This document shows positions 48,753 through 58,126 of a stretch of DNA of 58,126 bases, piece after piece (the first letter of the stretch is position 1; every line of letters starts with the position of its first letter). Below the pieces are notes generated by a model that was not told the origin of the DNA, did no database searches, and saw nothing but the letters and a program-made list of their open reading frames with translations. The stretch lies in sequence record SRR31156797_5988. One strand, written 5' to 3'. The position numbers and the translations under genes are program-made.

Positions 48753-49720
48753 TGGGCATCCTCCAGTGGATGCCAACAGCGTACACCATGGTGTGCAGTA
48801 ACTTCCTGCCAGGGTGGAACCTGGAGGCACTTTTTGTCGGCATAGGCGCACCGATCCTGAAAAGCGCACCCTGGAGGCAGGTTCAGCAGGCTTGGTACAG
48901 CTCCAGGTATGGTCGGCAACACTCCTGTATGTCCCCTTTTAGGTAATGAGTCGAACAATCCTTTAGTATAGGGATGGACTGGCCGGGTAAACAGTTCGTC
49001 CACATCGGCAGACTCTACAATTTTACCAGCATACATTACCACCACTCGATGACAGGTCTCGGCAACCACTCCTAAATCATGGGTGATCAACAGCATTGCC
49101 ATGCCGATTTCCTGCTGCAATTTTTTCATTAGCTCCAGAATCTGAGCCTGGATGGTGACATCAAGAGCGGTGGTTGGTTCGTCAGCAATCATAACTGCAG
49201 GGTGACAGGCCAGAGCCATGGCAATCATCACTCGCTGACGCATGCCACCGGATAGCTGATGAGGATAATCATCAATTCTTGCTGTAGGCTCGGGTATCCC
49301 GACCAAATCCAATAGCTGCACCGCCTCTTGCCGCGCCTCAACTTTTTTCATACCACGGTGCTGTTTCAAAGGTTCCATGATCTGATAACCAACGGTATAG
49401 ACAGGATTAAGGCTGGTCATGGGCTCTTGAAATATCATGGAAATTTGGTTACCCCGGATACTCCTGATTACCGATTCTTTAGCTTTGATCAGGTCCTGCC
49501 CCTTAAAAAGAATTTTCCCTTCAGCAATATGAGCTAGTGGTTTGGGTAAAAGCTGCAGAACCGATAAAGCAGTAACCGATTTACCACAGCCAGACTCTCC
49601 AACGACCCCTAAGGTCTCCCCCGGGTTAACATGAAGACTAACGCCATCAACAGCAGTAAGCACACCTCGCTTGGTGGTAAACCTGGTCTTCAGTTCCTTA
49701 ATTTGTAACACGGGTTCCAT
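48749..49720 (-). CDS. dppD: Dipeptide/oligopeptide ABC transporter ATP-binding subunit
   Basis: [22 protein letters not shown] and [14 protein letters not shown]. Confidence 0.93.
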   Translation of the reverse strand: MEPVLQIKELKTRFTTKRGVLTAVDGVSLHVNPGETLGVVGESGCGKSVTALSVLQLLPKPLAHIAEGKILFKGQDLIKAKESVIRSIRGNQISMIFQEPMTSLNPVYTVGYQIMEPLKQHRGMKKVEARQEAVQLLDLVGIPEPTARIDDYPHQLSGGMRQRVMIAMALACHPAVMIADEPTTALDVTIQAQILELMKKLQQEIGMAMLLITHDLGVVAETCHRVVVMYAGKIVESADVDELFTRPVHPYTKGLFDSLPKRGHTGVLPTIPGAVPSLLNLPPGCAFQDRCAYADKKCLQVPPWQEVTAHHGVRCWHPLEDAQ

Positions 49721-50560
49721 CTATTGCGACCTCAGAGACGGGTCCAAAACATCGCGCAACCCATCACCAAACAGGTTGAACCCCAGCACCAGAATAAGAA
49801 TAGCTGCCCCAGGAAAAGCCGCAACATGAGGAGCCAACTGAATGTACTGCCGTCCTTCGCTGAGCATGGCACCCCACTCGGGTGAAGGGGGCTGGGCACC
49901 GAGCCCTAGAAAACCAAGGGCAGCAGCCTGTAGGACGGCAGTTCCCATACCCAGCGTAGCATATACAATAATCGGCGGCAGACAGTTAGGCAGGATATGC
50001 TTAAAAAGAATCCGTCTATGGCTTCCGCCTAAGTGTACTATAGCCTGAACAAATAATTGTTCTTTCAAACTCAATACGCCTGCACGTACTATCCTTGCAT
50101 AGTGTGGAATATATACAATCCCAACCGCTATCATGGTGTTGGTTAAATTAGGTTCAAGGATTGCAGTGATGAATATAGCCAGTAGAATGGCGGGAAAGGC
50201 GAGCAGCATATCCATACATCTCATGATGATGCTGTCGACTCTCTTGCCAAAGTAACCGGCGAGAAGTCCCAAAAGAGTCCCAGGAATGAGCGAAATGATT
50301 ACCGAAATAATCCCTATCATCAAAGAGATTCGCGCCCCGTAGATTACTCGGCTTAAAATATCTCGACCAAGACTATCTGTGCCGAAAAGATGCTCTAAAC
50401 TTGGCCCTTGCAGTCGGATCAGTGGTGATGGAATCAAAGGGTCGGCAGGGGCGATCCATGGTCCCATAATTGCGACCACGACAATAAGAAAAATTAAAAC
50501 CAACCCAACCATGGCACTAACGCTTTGCCGCAGGTCTATAAAAGCTTCCCACCTACTCAT
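49721..50560 (-). CDS. dppC: Peptide ABC transporter permease
   Basis: FGTDSLGRDILSRVIYGARISL, HILPN and PPSPEWG. Confidence 0.92.
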   Translation of the reverse strand: MSRWEAFIDLRQSVSAMVGLVLIFLIVVVAIMGPWIAPADPLIPSPLIRLQGPSLEHLFGTDSLGRDILSRVIYGARISLMIGIISVIISLIPGTLLGLLAGYFGKRVDSIIMRCMDMLLAFPAILLAIFITAILEPNLTNTMIAVGIVYIPHYARIVRAGVLSLKEQLFVQAIVHLGGSHRRILFKHILPNCLPPIIVYATLGMGTAVLQAAALGFLGLGAQPPSPEWGAMLSEGRQYIQLAPHVAAFPGAAILILVLGFNLFGDGLRDVLDPSLRSQ

Positions 50561-51563
50561 CTACTCGTAACCTCGGGTCTAGTAGAACGTACATCAAATC
50601 CACAGCCAAATTAATGGCTGCCATAAGAGCGGCAAACACAAGAATACAACCTTGGACAGCGGCATAATCCCTTCCAGAAAGAGAATCAACAACGTAGCGC
50701 CCTAGTCCAGGCCAGGAAAAAATGGTTTCGGTCAGCACTGCTCCGCCAAGTAATAAACCAAGATTGAGGCCAAGCACGGTAACCACTGGCAGAAAGGCGT
50801 TGCGCAAGGCATGACGCAAAACAACTACGGCCTCCGTCATTCCCTTAGCTCTGGCTGTTCGCACATAATCCTTACTCATTACCTCCAGCATGGAGCTGCG
50901 AGTTATCCGGGCAACAATGGCCATAGGGATGGTAGCCAGAGTAAACGAGGGGAGAATAAGATGTTTTACAGCAGAAATAAAAGCCTGTCCATTACCTGCC
51001 AACATGGAATCAACCACAATCATGCCTGTCATCTCCGGAACTTCAAGTCCCAGAGTGATGCGCCCCATCATCGGCAGTATAGGATATTTTACAGAAAAAA
51101 AATAAATCAGCATCAGTCCGAGCCAAAAGATGGGCATGGATACCCCCAATAAGGCAAGAAACATGGAAGCGTAATCTAAAAGAGAATGTTGTTTGACCGC
51201 AGACAAAACACCGGCCGCCACCCCAACTACCGTTGCTATGAACATGGCAGCCAAAGATAATTCCAGGGTCGCAATCAAGCGCACCCATATTTCTCCTGCA
51301 ACAGGTGCATTGCTGCGTAGCGAGTTTCCCAGATCTCCCTGAACTATATTACTTATATAAATCCAGTACTGGGTCAGTAAAGACTGATTCAACCCAAGCT
51401 GCGCCCGCAGACTTTCCAACTCCTCTGGATTAGCAAACTCACCTAACAAAAGCTGGGCAGGGTCACCGGGGATCATCCTCAACATCAGGAAGACCAGCAC
51501 GGAAACCCCGAACATGATCAAGATAAGGTGAAACAGTCGCCTTGATATGTATCCCAGTGTCAT
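50553..51563 (-). CDS. dppB: Peptide ABC transporter permease
   Basis: IPGDPA, GDLGNS, DYVRTARAKG...HALRNA and ETIFSWPGLG. Confidence 0.93.
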   Translation of the reverse strand: MTLGYISRRLFHLILIMFGVSVLVFLMLRMIPGDPAQLLLGEFANPEELESLRAQLGLNQSLLTQYWIYISNIVQGDLGNSLRSNAPVAGEIWVRLIATLELSLAAMFIATVVGVAAGVLSAVKQHSLLDYASMFLALLGVSMPIFWLGLMLIYFFSVKYPILPMMGRITLGLEVPEMTGMIVVDSMLAGNGQAFISAVKHLILPSFTLATIPMAIVARITRSSMLEVMSKDYVRTARAKGMTEAVVVLRHALRNAFLPVVTVLGLNLGLLLGGAVLTETIFSWPGLGRYVVDSLSGRDYAAVQGCILVFAALMAAINLAVDLMYVLLDPRLRVDE

Positions 51564-51576
51564 ACTTTACCCCCCT

Positions 51577-53130
51577 TTACTTCTTGCTTACCATCTGAAA
51601 ACTGTTGAGTCCGTTGGGGCGGAGAGGTACATTGTTGAGACGTTTATTATAACAGCGGACAATGGTGGTATGGGCCAGAGGAATCCATGGAGCTTCGTTA
51701 TGCGCTATAACCTGGGCTTTCATATATTGCTCAGTACGCTCTTGCTTGTCAAAAACTACCTGGGCCTTCTTACACAACTCAGTAAACTCTGCATTTTTCC
51801 ATAAGGAAACGTTCGAGGCTCCAGGTGTCTTTGCGGTATCAGCAGAAAGCAACCCATAGAGGAAGTTGTCAGGATCGGCATTGCCGCCAAGCCAACCAAG
51901 CATGCACAGGTCATGCTCACCATTGGAAGTCTTTTTCAGGTACGCGCCCCAATCCATTCGCACGATTTTTGCTTTTACACCTACAGAAGCAAGATATGCC
52001 TGAATCAGTTCAGCAGTCTTCACCGGATCCGGCATATAAGCACGGCTGACAGGCATGGCCCAAAGCTGCAGTTCACGGCTGAAATCAAAGCCTGCTTCCT
52101 TGAGCATCTTTTTGGCCTTGGCAGGATCATACTCATAAGGCTCGATAGAATCGTTATAGCTCCAGATGGAAGGTGCAAAGGGGTTTTTGGCAGGAATCGC
52201 CATTCCTTGGAAAATAGCTTGAATAATTGCATTCTTATCAATGGCATGACTCAAGCCGATACGAACCTTGGGGTCTTTCAGGTACGGCTTTTCTGTATTC
52301 AAGGCAAGGTAGCCAACATTAACGCTAGGACGCTTGATCATTGCTAAGTTGGCATTTTTCTCAACAAGTTTGATGCTATCCGGGTCCAAATCGTCGGCAA
52401 TATCAACCGCACCAGACTGAAGGGCCATCAAACGTGCTGATGGTTCGGGGATAGATTTAAGCACTATCTTTTTGACTTTGGCCTTATCGCCCCAGTATTC
52501 ATCATTACGTTCAAACACTATCTGATCGTCTTTCACCCATTTAACAAAGGTAAAAGGGCCGGTTCCAACCGGGTGCTGACCTATCTGGTCTTTGTATTCG
52601 TACATCGCCTTGGGTGACAGAATAGGGCATAACCACAGGGCCAGGTTGTTCAGCAGCGGCGCAAAAGGCTTCTCCGTAACCAGTTGGATCGTAAAATTAT
52701 CAACAACATTAATAGCTTTAACCGGTTTTAAAGAGAGACTCAAATAACGCCATTTGCCATACCCATGCAGAGGATGTTTTTCATCAATAACACGGGCAAA
52801 AGAATCATACACAGCCTGGGCGTTAAAGGGTTCACCGTCGTGAAATTTCACGCCCTGACGTAACTTAAAGGTCCAGGTAAGGCCGTCTTCAGAGACAGAC
52901 CAGGATTCAGCCAGCTGAGGCTCAACATCCATACTGTCCTTGCCGAAAATGACCAAATTTTCCAGAACCTGAATACCTGCCTTTATGGACTCCCCGTCGG
53001 TTGCCTGAGCAAGATCCAGACTTACTGAATCGCCGCCTCTCCCCCAGACCAGGGTGTCTGCCGGACTGGCATAAGCAGCACCGGGCAGCACCAAAACTGC
53101 AGCTAAAAGTACCAACAACAAAGTACGCAT
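51577..53130 (-). CDS. dppA: Peptide ABC transporter substrate-binding protein (family 5, DppA-like)
   Basis: Sec signal (…AAYA), LAESW...FKLRQGVKFHDG, PVGTGPF and the DppA-like LWAMPVSRAYMP; GGAGG RBS. Confidence 0.9.
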   Translation of the reverse strand: MRTLLLVLLAAVLVLPGAAYASPADTLVWGRGGDSVSLDLAQATDGESIKAGIQVLENLVIFGKDSMDVEPQLAESWSVSEDGLTWTFKLRQGVKFHDGEPFNAQAVYDSFARVIDEKHPLHGYGKWRYLSLSLKPVKAINVVDNFTIQLVTEKPFAPLLNNLALWLCPILSPKAMYEYKDQIGQHPVGTGPFTFVKWVKDDQIVFERNDEYWGDKAKVKKIVLKSIPEPSARLMALQSGAVDIADDLDPDSIKLVEKNANLAMIKRPSVNVGYLALNTEKPYLKDPKVRIGLSHAIDKNAIIQAIFQGMAIPAKNPFAPSIWSYNDSIEPYEYDPAKAKKMLKEAGFDFSRELQLWAMPVSRAYMPDPVKTAELIQAYLASVGVKAKIVRMDWGAYLKKTSNGEHDLCMLGWLGGNADPDNFLYGLLSADTAKTPGASNVSLWKNAEFTELCKKAQVVFDKQERTEQYMKAQVIAHNEAPWIPLAHTTIVRCYNKRLNNVPLRPNGLNSFQMVSKK

Positions 53131-53257
53131 GCGTTTTCCTCCTTTTAGTGTAATCCATGTATAATCTTCGCTTATGTGTCGGAAAATCAGCGAAGTCTTC
53201 CCTTTCTTCCTTTATTTGCAGAAACCTAGAATGTAATAGCCATGTCCGTCAAGCAAA

Positions 53258-53277
53258 ATATTAAACCGATTTAATAT
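53258..53277. promoter_or_regulatory. Palindromic operator candidate (ATATTAAA-N4-TTTAATAT)
   Basis: Perfect 8-bp inverted repeat in the divergent dppA/regulator spacer; a further half-site GATTTAATAT lies near 53314. Confidence 0.5.
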
Positions 53278-53557
53278 AGCTAATCAAATTAGTTTTTATT
53301 TTTTGTTGTAAATGATTTAATATCTTAAGTTTGAAGGAAAATTAACAAAATGATCCTTCTCTCTGTAAAAAAAAGTACCTCTTCTGCGAAGAATTAATTG
53401 CCTCGCCTTAACCTTGAGCTGTACCTGTTAAGCAGTGCACCAGATGCGTACAAGCAGGCTGGATAACTATAATAACACTCTGTTTTCCTGCCTGAGCACG
53501 CGCAAAGGTAAGCGCTGAATACGTGGGGTGTTACTGAATAGTCACAAGAAAAAAACC

Positions 53558-54493
53558 ATGTCCTTAACCAAGCAACGACGCCTCAGATCCGACCTAATCT
53601 GTGATCTGATCAGTTCCAGTAAAATGCCCCGCAATCAGGTTGCTGCAGCAGCCGGTCTGACCAACACCTATATTAGAGACCTGGAGCAGGGCAACATCGC
53701 CAATGTGGACCGCCGTAAACTGCTGCGCTTGGCCGTAGCATTAAATATGAATTTAAACAGGATCGATGAAATGCTCAGGATGTTTGACAGAGCAAGTTTA
53801 TCGCCAGATGATATAGACAGTTTTATCGAATCCGCACACAAACGTAAAACAACCACAGCGCTCTTTCCCTTACGCGATTTTTATGCCTATGAACTGGCAG
53901 TGTATGCCATGGAATATATACCAGGCGACCAGATCATGGTCAATGACAGGCCGACAGTCTGTCTGCGAGAGCCAGGCCATCGTAGTTTTAGCGACAGTCG
54001 ACTGGTAGAGGCACACCCTCTCTATGGCGAACTGCTTGAAACCCTAGGTGAAGTCCGCCGCAAACAACTTGAGGCCAACCTTGAAAAATACTCTATCACC
54101 CATTACCTGTGCCGCGAATGCCTGGAAGATTATGTTCGGGCAAACGGAAATCAGGAAGAGGAGTATTGGCGAAAAAAACATGTGGCTAATCTGCTTGATT
54201 ACCACCAGCGTTACCCCAATCTTAAGATACACATAACCGGTGTCTGCTCTTATATGCTGTTTTCCATTAAGGTACCCAAAGACGGTTCAGACACCCAGTT
54301 CAACTTCTGCGCAAAGCCTGGTCATTACGTACCCGGTGAACGCCTGGGAAGACTGGCAGGTTTTTCCACCAGCAACCCTGTTGTATTACAAACCTTTCAG
54401 GAAGAACTCGATTCCATTAAAGGGTGGATCCTCCAGGATTATTCGAGCAGGGCTGCCGTAGAAGAATACCTGCACCAACTGATAACGCCCTGA
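53558..54493 (+). CDS. XRE-like HTH transcriptional regulator with unknown C-terminal domain
   Basis: RNQVAAAAGLTNTYIRDLEQG...KLLRLAVAL fits an XRE/Cro HTH; divergent from dppA; start at ATG 53558. Confidence 0.72.
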   Translation: MSLTKQRRLRSDLICDLISSSKMPRNQVAAAAGLTNTYIRDLEQGNIANVDRRKLLRLAVALNMNLNRIDEMLRMFDRASLSPDDIDSFIESAHKRKTTTALFPLRDFYAYELAVYAMEYIPGDQIMVNDRPTVCLREPGHRSFSDSRLVEAHPLYGELLETLGEVRRKQLEANLEKYSITHYLCRECLEDYVRANGNQEEEYWRKKHVANLLDYHQRYPNLKIHITGVCSYMLFSIKVPKDGSDTQFNFCAKPGHYVPGERLGRLAGFSTSNPVVLQTFQEELDSIKGWILQDYSSRAAVEEYLHQLITP

Positions 54494-54501
54494 AGTTTTT
54501 C

Positions 54502-57500
54502 CTATCTGCGCCAGGAAAACAACACCCCATTAGGCTGTTCTTGGCGTACCAAATGCGCTTTTTTGCTTCTGCACATGCGGGCCAACATGGTTTTGATGAT
54601 TACCAAGTGAGCTCTGGTACACTTCTCGAGCCAAGGCCCACGTGCCACCTCGTCAAGCACCTCGGTAATGATTTCACTTTTCACCAAAGGCCATTTCTGA
54701 TTACCATAATTGGTTTTGCTCATCCGTTCACAAGTTGGGACCACTACTAGCGAACGTTCAAGTTTGGAATTGAACACTTCCGGCTCAAAGGCCTTGGCAT
54801 ACCGTTCGTACCGATTATAGATTTCTTGATTGAGCTGGACGATATCATGTTCTTTCTCCATGGCCGCTGACATTTCAGCAGCAAGCTGTCTTGCTTCAAC
54901 ACTACCGGGATGATCTGTTTGGTCATAAAACGGGAGAATCGCATAGACAAAGGACCGCGGTATCCAGTGTTCTTTAAAATTTGGATTTATATATCCTGCA
55001 AATGGCTGTTCCCATTCATGGCTTGGAACGCCGTGCAAATCGACCAAATACTCAGGTAGCCATCGCTCAAATAATCTGGCTTTTACCCTTGCTTCACTAA
55101 AAGGGGTATCAGGCACAAAATACTGATCATACCACTCCATACCAAGTGCATTATACCTGGCAGCATGCAACTTGTGGTCAGGAGCTTCTGGCAGCATTTC
55201 CTCTAAGGTTGTTACACCGTCAGCATTTTCAAGCGGCACCACAACCACATTGGCGTTAACTAGCATTTCTGCCGCCTTACCACCTGAAGCAATTTCATGG
55301 AGCAGGCATACAGCTGCATTGGAACCAGAAACTTCATTTGCATGATGACGAGCATTGACCAAAAGTGTGGGTTTTAGTAAACGTGCTCTGTTCGCAGACA
55401 TTCCGCCACCTAAAGTTGCTTCTACGGCTAGTATATCTTGTCCCATAATACTCTTACCTGCACGCCAAACACTAAACCCTGACAATCCAGAAAGAGTTTG
55501 CGTCCATGATCGTATCTCTTCTCCACTAGGAATATTTGCAGCATCAGGCATTGAAAGGCCTTCACCTGACCCTGCTTTATGGTATTGCTTTGCTGGCCGA
55601 GCCTTGAACAATACACCTTCTATGGTGGGAGTCAGGTTGAATCCCCAAGCTTTAGCGGCCTTACATAATCGCTCACGTTCTGTAAGCTGCAAAGGTTGCT
55701 GATCACATGACAGTTCTACCAATAAATTCCCTTCCCCATAGCCAATACACGTGATATCGGAGTTAGATTGCCTGGTAGGAACAGGGTATTTATAAGGTTG
55801 TAAACGGAGCTTTGCCGAGGGTTGTTTCCCGTAGGCTGGCCGTACCAAAGGCACAACCCGCCCAAGTTGAATGTTACTTTCAGGGCAATATCGTTCACGA
55901 AAGGCCTGCATAAAGGCAAGTAGCCCAAAGTACAAATCCTCATGCAAAGCTTCCATGGGCGCAATACGTTCTTCAGCAAATTCCAATTCGTCCTGCCCTT
56001 CATCTATGGCGACTTCAAAACGAATCTCATCCCAAAAAGCAAGAGCTTTGCGCTTGAGTAACCCAGGTAATGCATCCTTCATTGATCTTATAATTTCAGG
56101 CATCCATTTTTCTTGAAGCCGCCTCCAGAAAAGTTCTCTATCAGTTGAAACCTGGCAGCTCCAACATTCTTTGCGGTTTTGCTCAAGCTGTAAGCCGGCA
56201 GTTGTCGGATAAATGGTTTGATCGGACCTCAACTCTAAGGAATAGCCTAAGCAGCTGAATGGAGGTGTAAGGTGAAACTCCATAACAGGGTTACCTCCAC
56301 TGTTAAACGCCTGGACGACATAGGCCTGCTCTTGCTCGTTATCCATGACCATTTGGACTTTATCGACTTGCCAGCCGCGGCGTTGGCAGAGAATATCAGG
56401 TGCTGGATATATTTCATGCACCCATCGGGCTTTACTTTCCATCTGGTTAGACATCGAGAAAGGACGAAAACTAATGCGCAGTGATCGTGCATCCATCGGC
56501 AAAACGGGTTCGACCTCATCTAACAGCCAGCTAACGGCTGGTTTATGGGTACGTAAAACCACGACTTTGGGATCGTAGCCTTTTTCCAACAATAGAGACT
56601 TTAACTTTTCCTCAAAAATAGTGCGGGCGCGGTGAGATGCACTTAGATATGCTCTGCAAAACACCTCGCCTTGACCATACGGAATCATCAATGCCTGTGA
56701 CAACAAACGTTTTTCTTCACCAACCATTTTCATGGTACGGCAAATAACTGCTCTGCGTGCTTTCAATTCAGGTAAGGGAAGATCAAGTACCCGACAGGCG
56801 CTAGCAGCCCTGCCCCAGTCTTGTCTTTCTTGTTGCGGAAGATTTCGCCCTTTGGCAAGTGCGTGAAGTACTCTTCCTGTACTCCCTTTCCCCTCAGTTA
56901 ACAATGCGGCTTTATAAAGGCCTTCTTTCCATTTTTCCAAGGGTTCGCCGCCTGGAGCATCACTCTCGAACCAAAGTCGTTCCAACTCGTTAATTAACTT
57001 TGCCAGAGGGTTAGTACCGCCTGTTGCTACTAATTTGCCGTGGGAGTACCGAAGCCAGGCCTCCTTGTCTTGAGTTTCTTCGATGGTAAGACACAAACCT
57101 GAATGAGAATTTGAACCGACACGGGCCAAGGGTAATTGCAATTCTGTGGCTTGCGAGGTAGCGGTAGATATCAAAGAAAAGAGAGCACGACCGCATAAAC
57201 TGGATAATTTCTTTGGTAAAACAATCCCAAGCATACAACGAGTGGTACGAGGATCATTTGCAACAGCAGAAAGGAAAGTTTGTGATAATGAACTTAGATC
57301 AGAGGAAACCTTGCGGTCAGGAGGTTCTGATGTCGGAATTAATTCCTCAGCTGGCAATCCAACCTGGGCAATAATTCCGTTCTGCGTATGCGCCTGAGCA
57401 AAGGGGTCTGACGGGTCACCTATTTCGATACGTAAAATTTCACTCTTTTGTGGCAGGATGGGCCCAGTTGCTAGTGCGTTTAACACTCTTTTCATAGCGG

Positions 57501-57846
57501 ATGCACTGTGCCCAAACAACGACCAACCGCCTTGTTTATTGGATTCCAAACAGGCAGCAGATCGGAATTTATCAGATGGTGATTTAACTAATAGCATACC
57601 GTGTGCGGGAGCATTAACGGTTGCGGGTATGGGCATTTTAGAACCACAGGATTCGATATTGAGGCGTGCTGCAAGGTTAACAAGTCCAGCCCAGAGGTCA
57701 CCACTTTGTAAACCTGGGGTAACCACAAGAAATAGATTAACCTGCTCAGGATAACCATCACAGTCTTCATCATTGAACAAACTGCCTTTATGAAATAAAA
57801 GCCCAAGATTAACTGAAGAGATTACCCTATTAATATCCTGTTTCAT
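54502..57846 (-). CDS. Large M14 family zinc metallopeptidase
   Basis: 1114 aa; C-terminal M14 motifs NARHHANEVS (HxxE), VPLENADG, RYNA and VDLHG; GAGG RBS; long uncharacterised N-terminal region. Confidence 0.85.
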   Translation of the reverse strand: MKQDINRVISSVNLGLLFHKGSLFNDEDCDGYPEQVNLFLVVTPGLQSGDLWAGLVNLAARLNIESCGSKMPIPATVNAPAHGMLLVKSPSDKFRSAACLESNKQGGWSLFGHSASAMKRVLNALATGPILPQKSEILRIEIGDPSDPFAQAHTQNGIIAQVGLPAEELIPTSEPPDRKVSSDLSSLSQTFLSAVANDPRTTRCMLGIVLPKKLSSLCGRALFSLISTATSQATELQLPLARVGSNSHSGLCLTIEETQDKEAWLRYSHGKLVATGGTNPLAKLINELERLWFESDAPGGEPLEKWKEGLYKAALLTEGKGSTGRVLHALAKGRNLPQQERQDWGRAASACRVLDLPLPELKARRAVICRTMKMVGEEKRLLSQALMIPYGQGEVFCRAYLSASHRARTIFEEKLKSLLLEKGYDPKVVVLRTHKPAVSWLLDEVEPVLPMDARSLRISFRPFSMSNQMESKARWVHEIYPAPDILCQRRGWQVDKVQMVMDNEQEQAYVVQAFNSGGNPVMEFHLTPPFSCLGYSLELRSDQTIYPTTAGLQLEQNRKECWSCQVSTDRELFWRRLQEKWMPEIIRSMKDALPGLLKRKALAFWDEIRFEVAIDEGQDELEFAEERIAPMEALHEDLYFGLLAFMQAFRERYCPESNIQLGRVVPLVRPAYGKQPSAKLRLQPYKYPVPTRQSNSDITCIGYGEGNLLVELSCDQQPLQLTERERLCKAAKAWGFNLTPTIEGVLFKARPAKQYHKAGSGEGLSMPDAANIPSGEEIRSWTQTLSGLSGFSVWRAGKSIMGQDILAVEATLGGGMSANRARLLKPTLLVNARHHANEVSGSNAAVCLLHEIASGGKAAEMLVNANVVVVPLENADGVTTLEEMLPEAPDHKLHAARYNALGMEWYDQYFVPDTPFSEARVKARLFERWLPEYLVDLHGVPSHEWEQPFAGYINPNFKEHWIPRSFVYAILPFYDQTDHPGSVEARQLAAEMSAAMEKEHDIVQLNQEIYNRYERYAKAFEPEVFNSKLERSLVVVPTCERMSKTNYGNQKWPLVKSEIITEVLDEVARGPWLEKCTRAHLVIIKTMLARMCRSKKAHLVRQEQPNGVLFSWRR

Positions 57847-58126
57847 ACCTCACCTTTTTTCTCATTTCGGGTACTTGTCATTCCGATGGAAAATATGGGA
57901 GTACCATAGCTGAGGCATTAACGTTACTACTATTTGATTTTAACAATAACCTACTGTTCGAAAAACGAATGAGATGTTGCTTTTCAGTAAAGGTCGGTTA
58001 CGTATGAAGGAAAAAAAACAATCCTGAAAACAATTAAATAATATTCAGGATGAGTAGGGAAAAAGATTTTTTTTTGGCGAGGTGATGAATCAACTACAGG
58101 CAAAAAAAATCCCCAATACACGTTTG

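Noticed and set aside
1-58126. CRISPR arrays, IS elements, rRNA, defence systems and the many antisense ORFs in the track
   Set aside because: No regularly spaced direct repeats, transposase, cas or rRNA signatures were seen; the antisense ORFs are shadows of well-supported genes.

Overview
Chromosomal window, most likely from an anaerobic sulfate-reducing Desulfobacterota (inferred from gene content, not from a database search). It opens with the conserved tRNA-Leu(TAG)-tig-clpP-clpX-lon-tRNA block. Next come transport and stress genes: MFS, TetR-MFP-RND, pdxH, SDR and a nucleoside-recognition protein. The middle holds a BBE-type flavoprotein behind a GEMM-I riboswitch that carries the A20 signature of 3',3'-cGAMP sensors, a pcm/spermidine-synthase-like/DUF2459 module, an orphan GemA-like gene and a decayed ramA-like corrinoid activase pseudogene. 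It continues with a mnmH-cti-trxC-FlgO cluster, GntR-TauE-AEC, PilZ, and a TetR-radical SAM-ALDH cluster. The end has an atypical DUF4402-pilin chaperone-usher locus whose usher-like protein carries a C-terminal SPOR domain, and a dppABCDF operon beside an XRE-like regulator and a 1114-aa M14 peptidase. No CRISPR array, rRNA, integrase or transposase was seen. The best candidates for something new are the probable cGAMP ON-riboswitch on a flavin oxidoreductase and the SPOR-fused usher/DUF4402 pilus system. All protein family calls come from motif recognition by eye.
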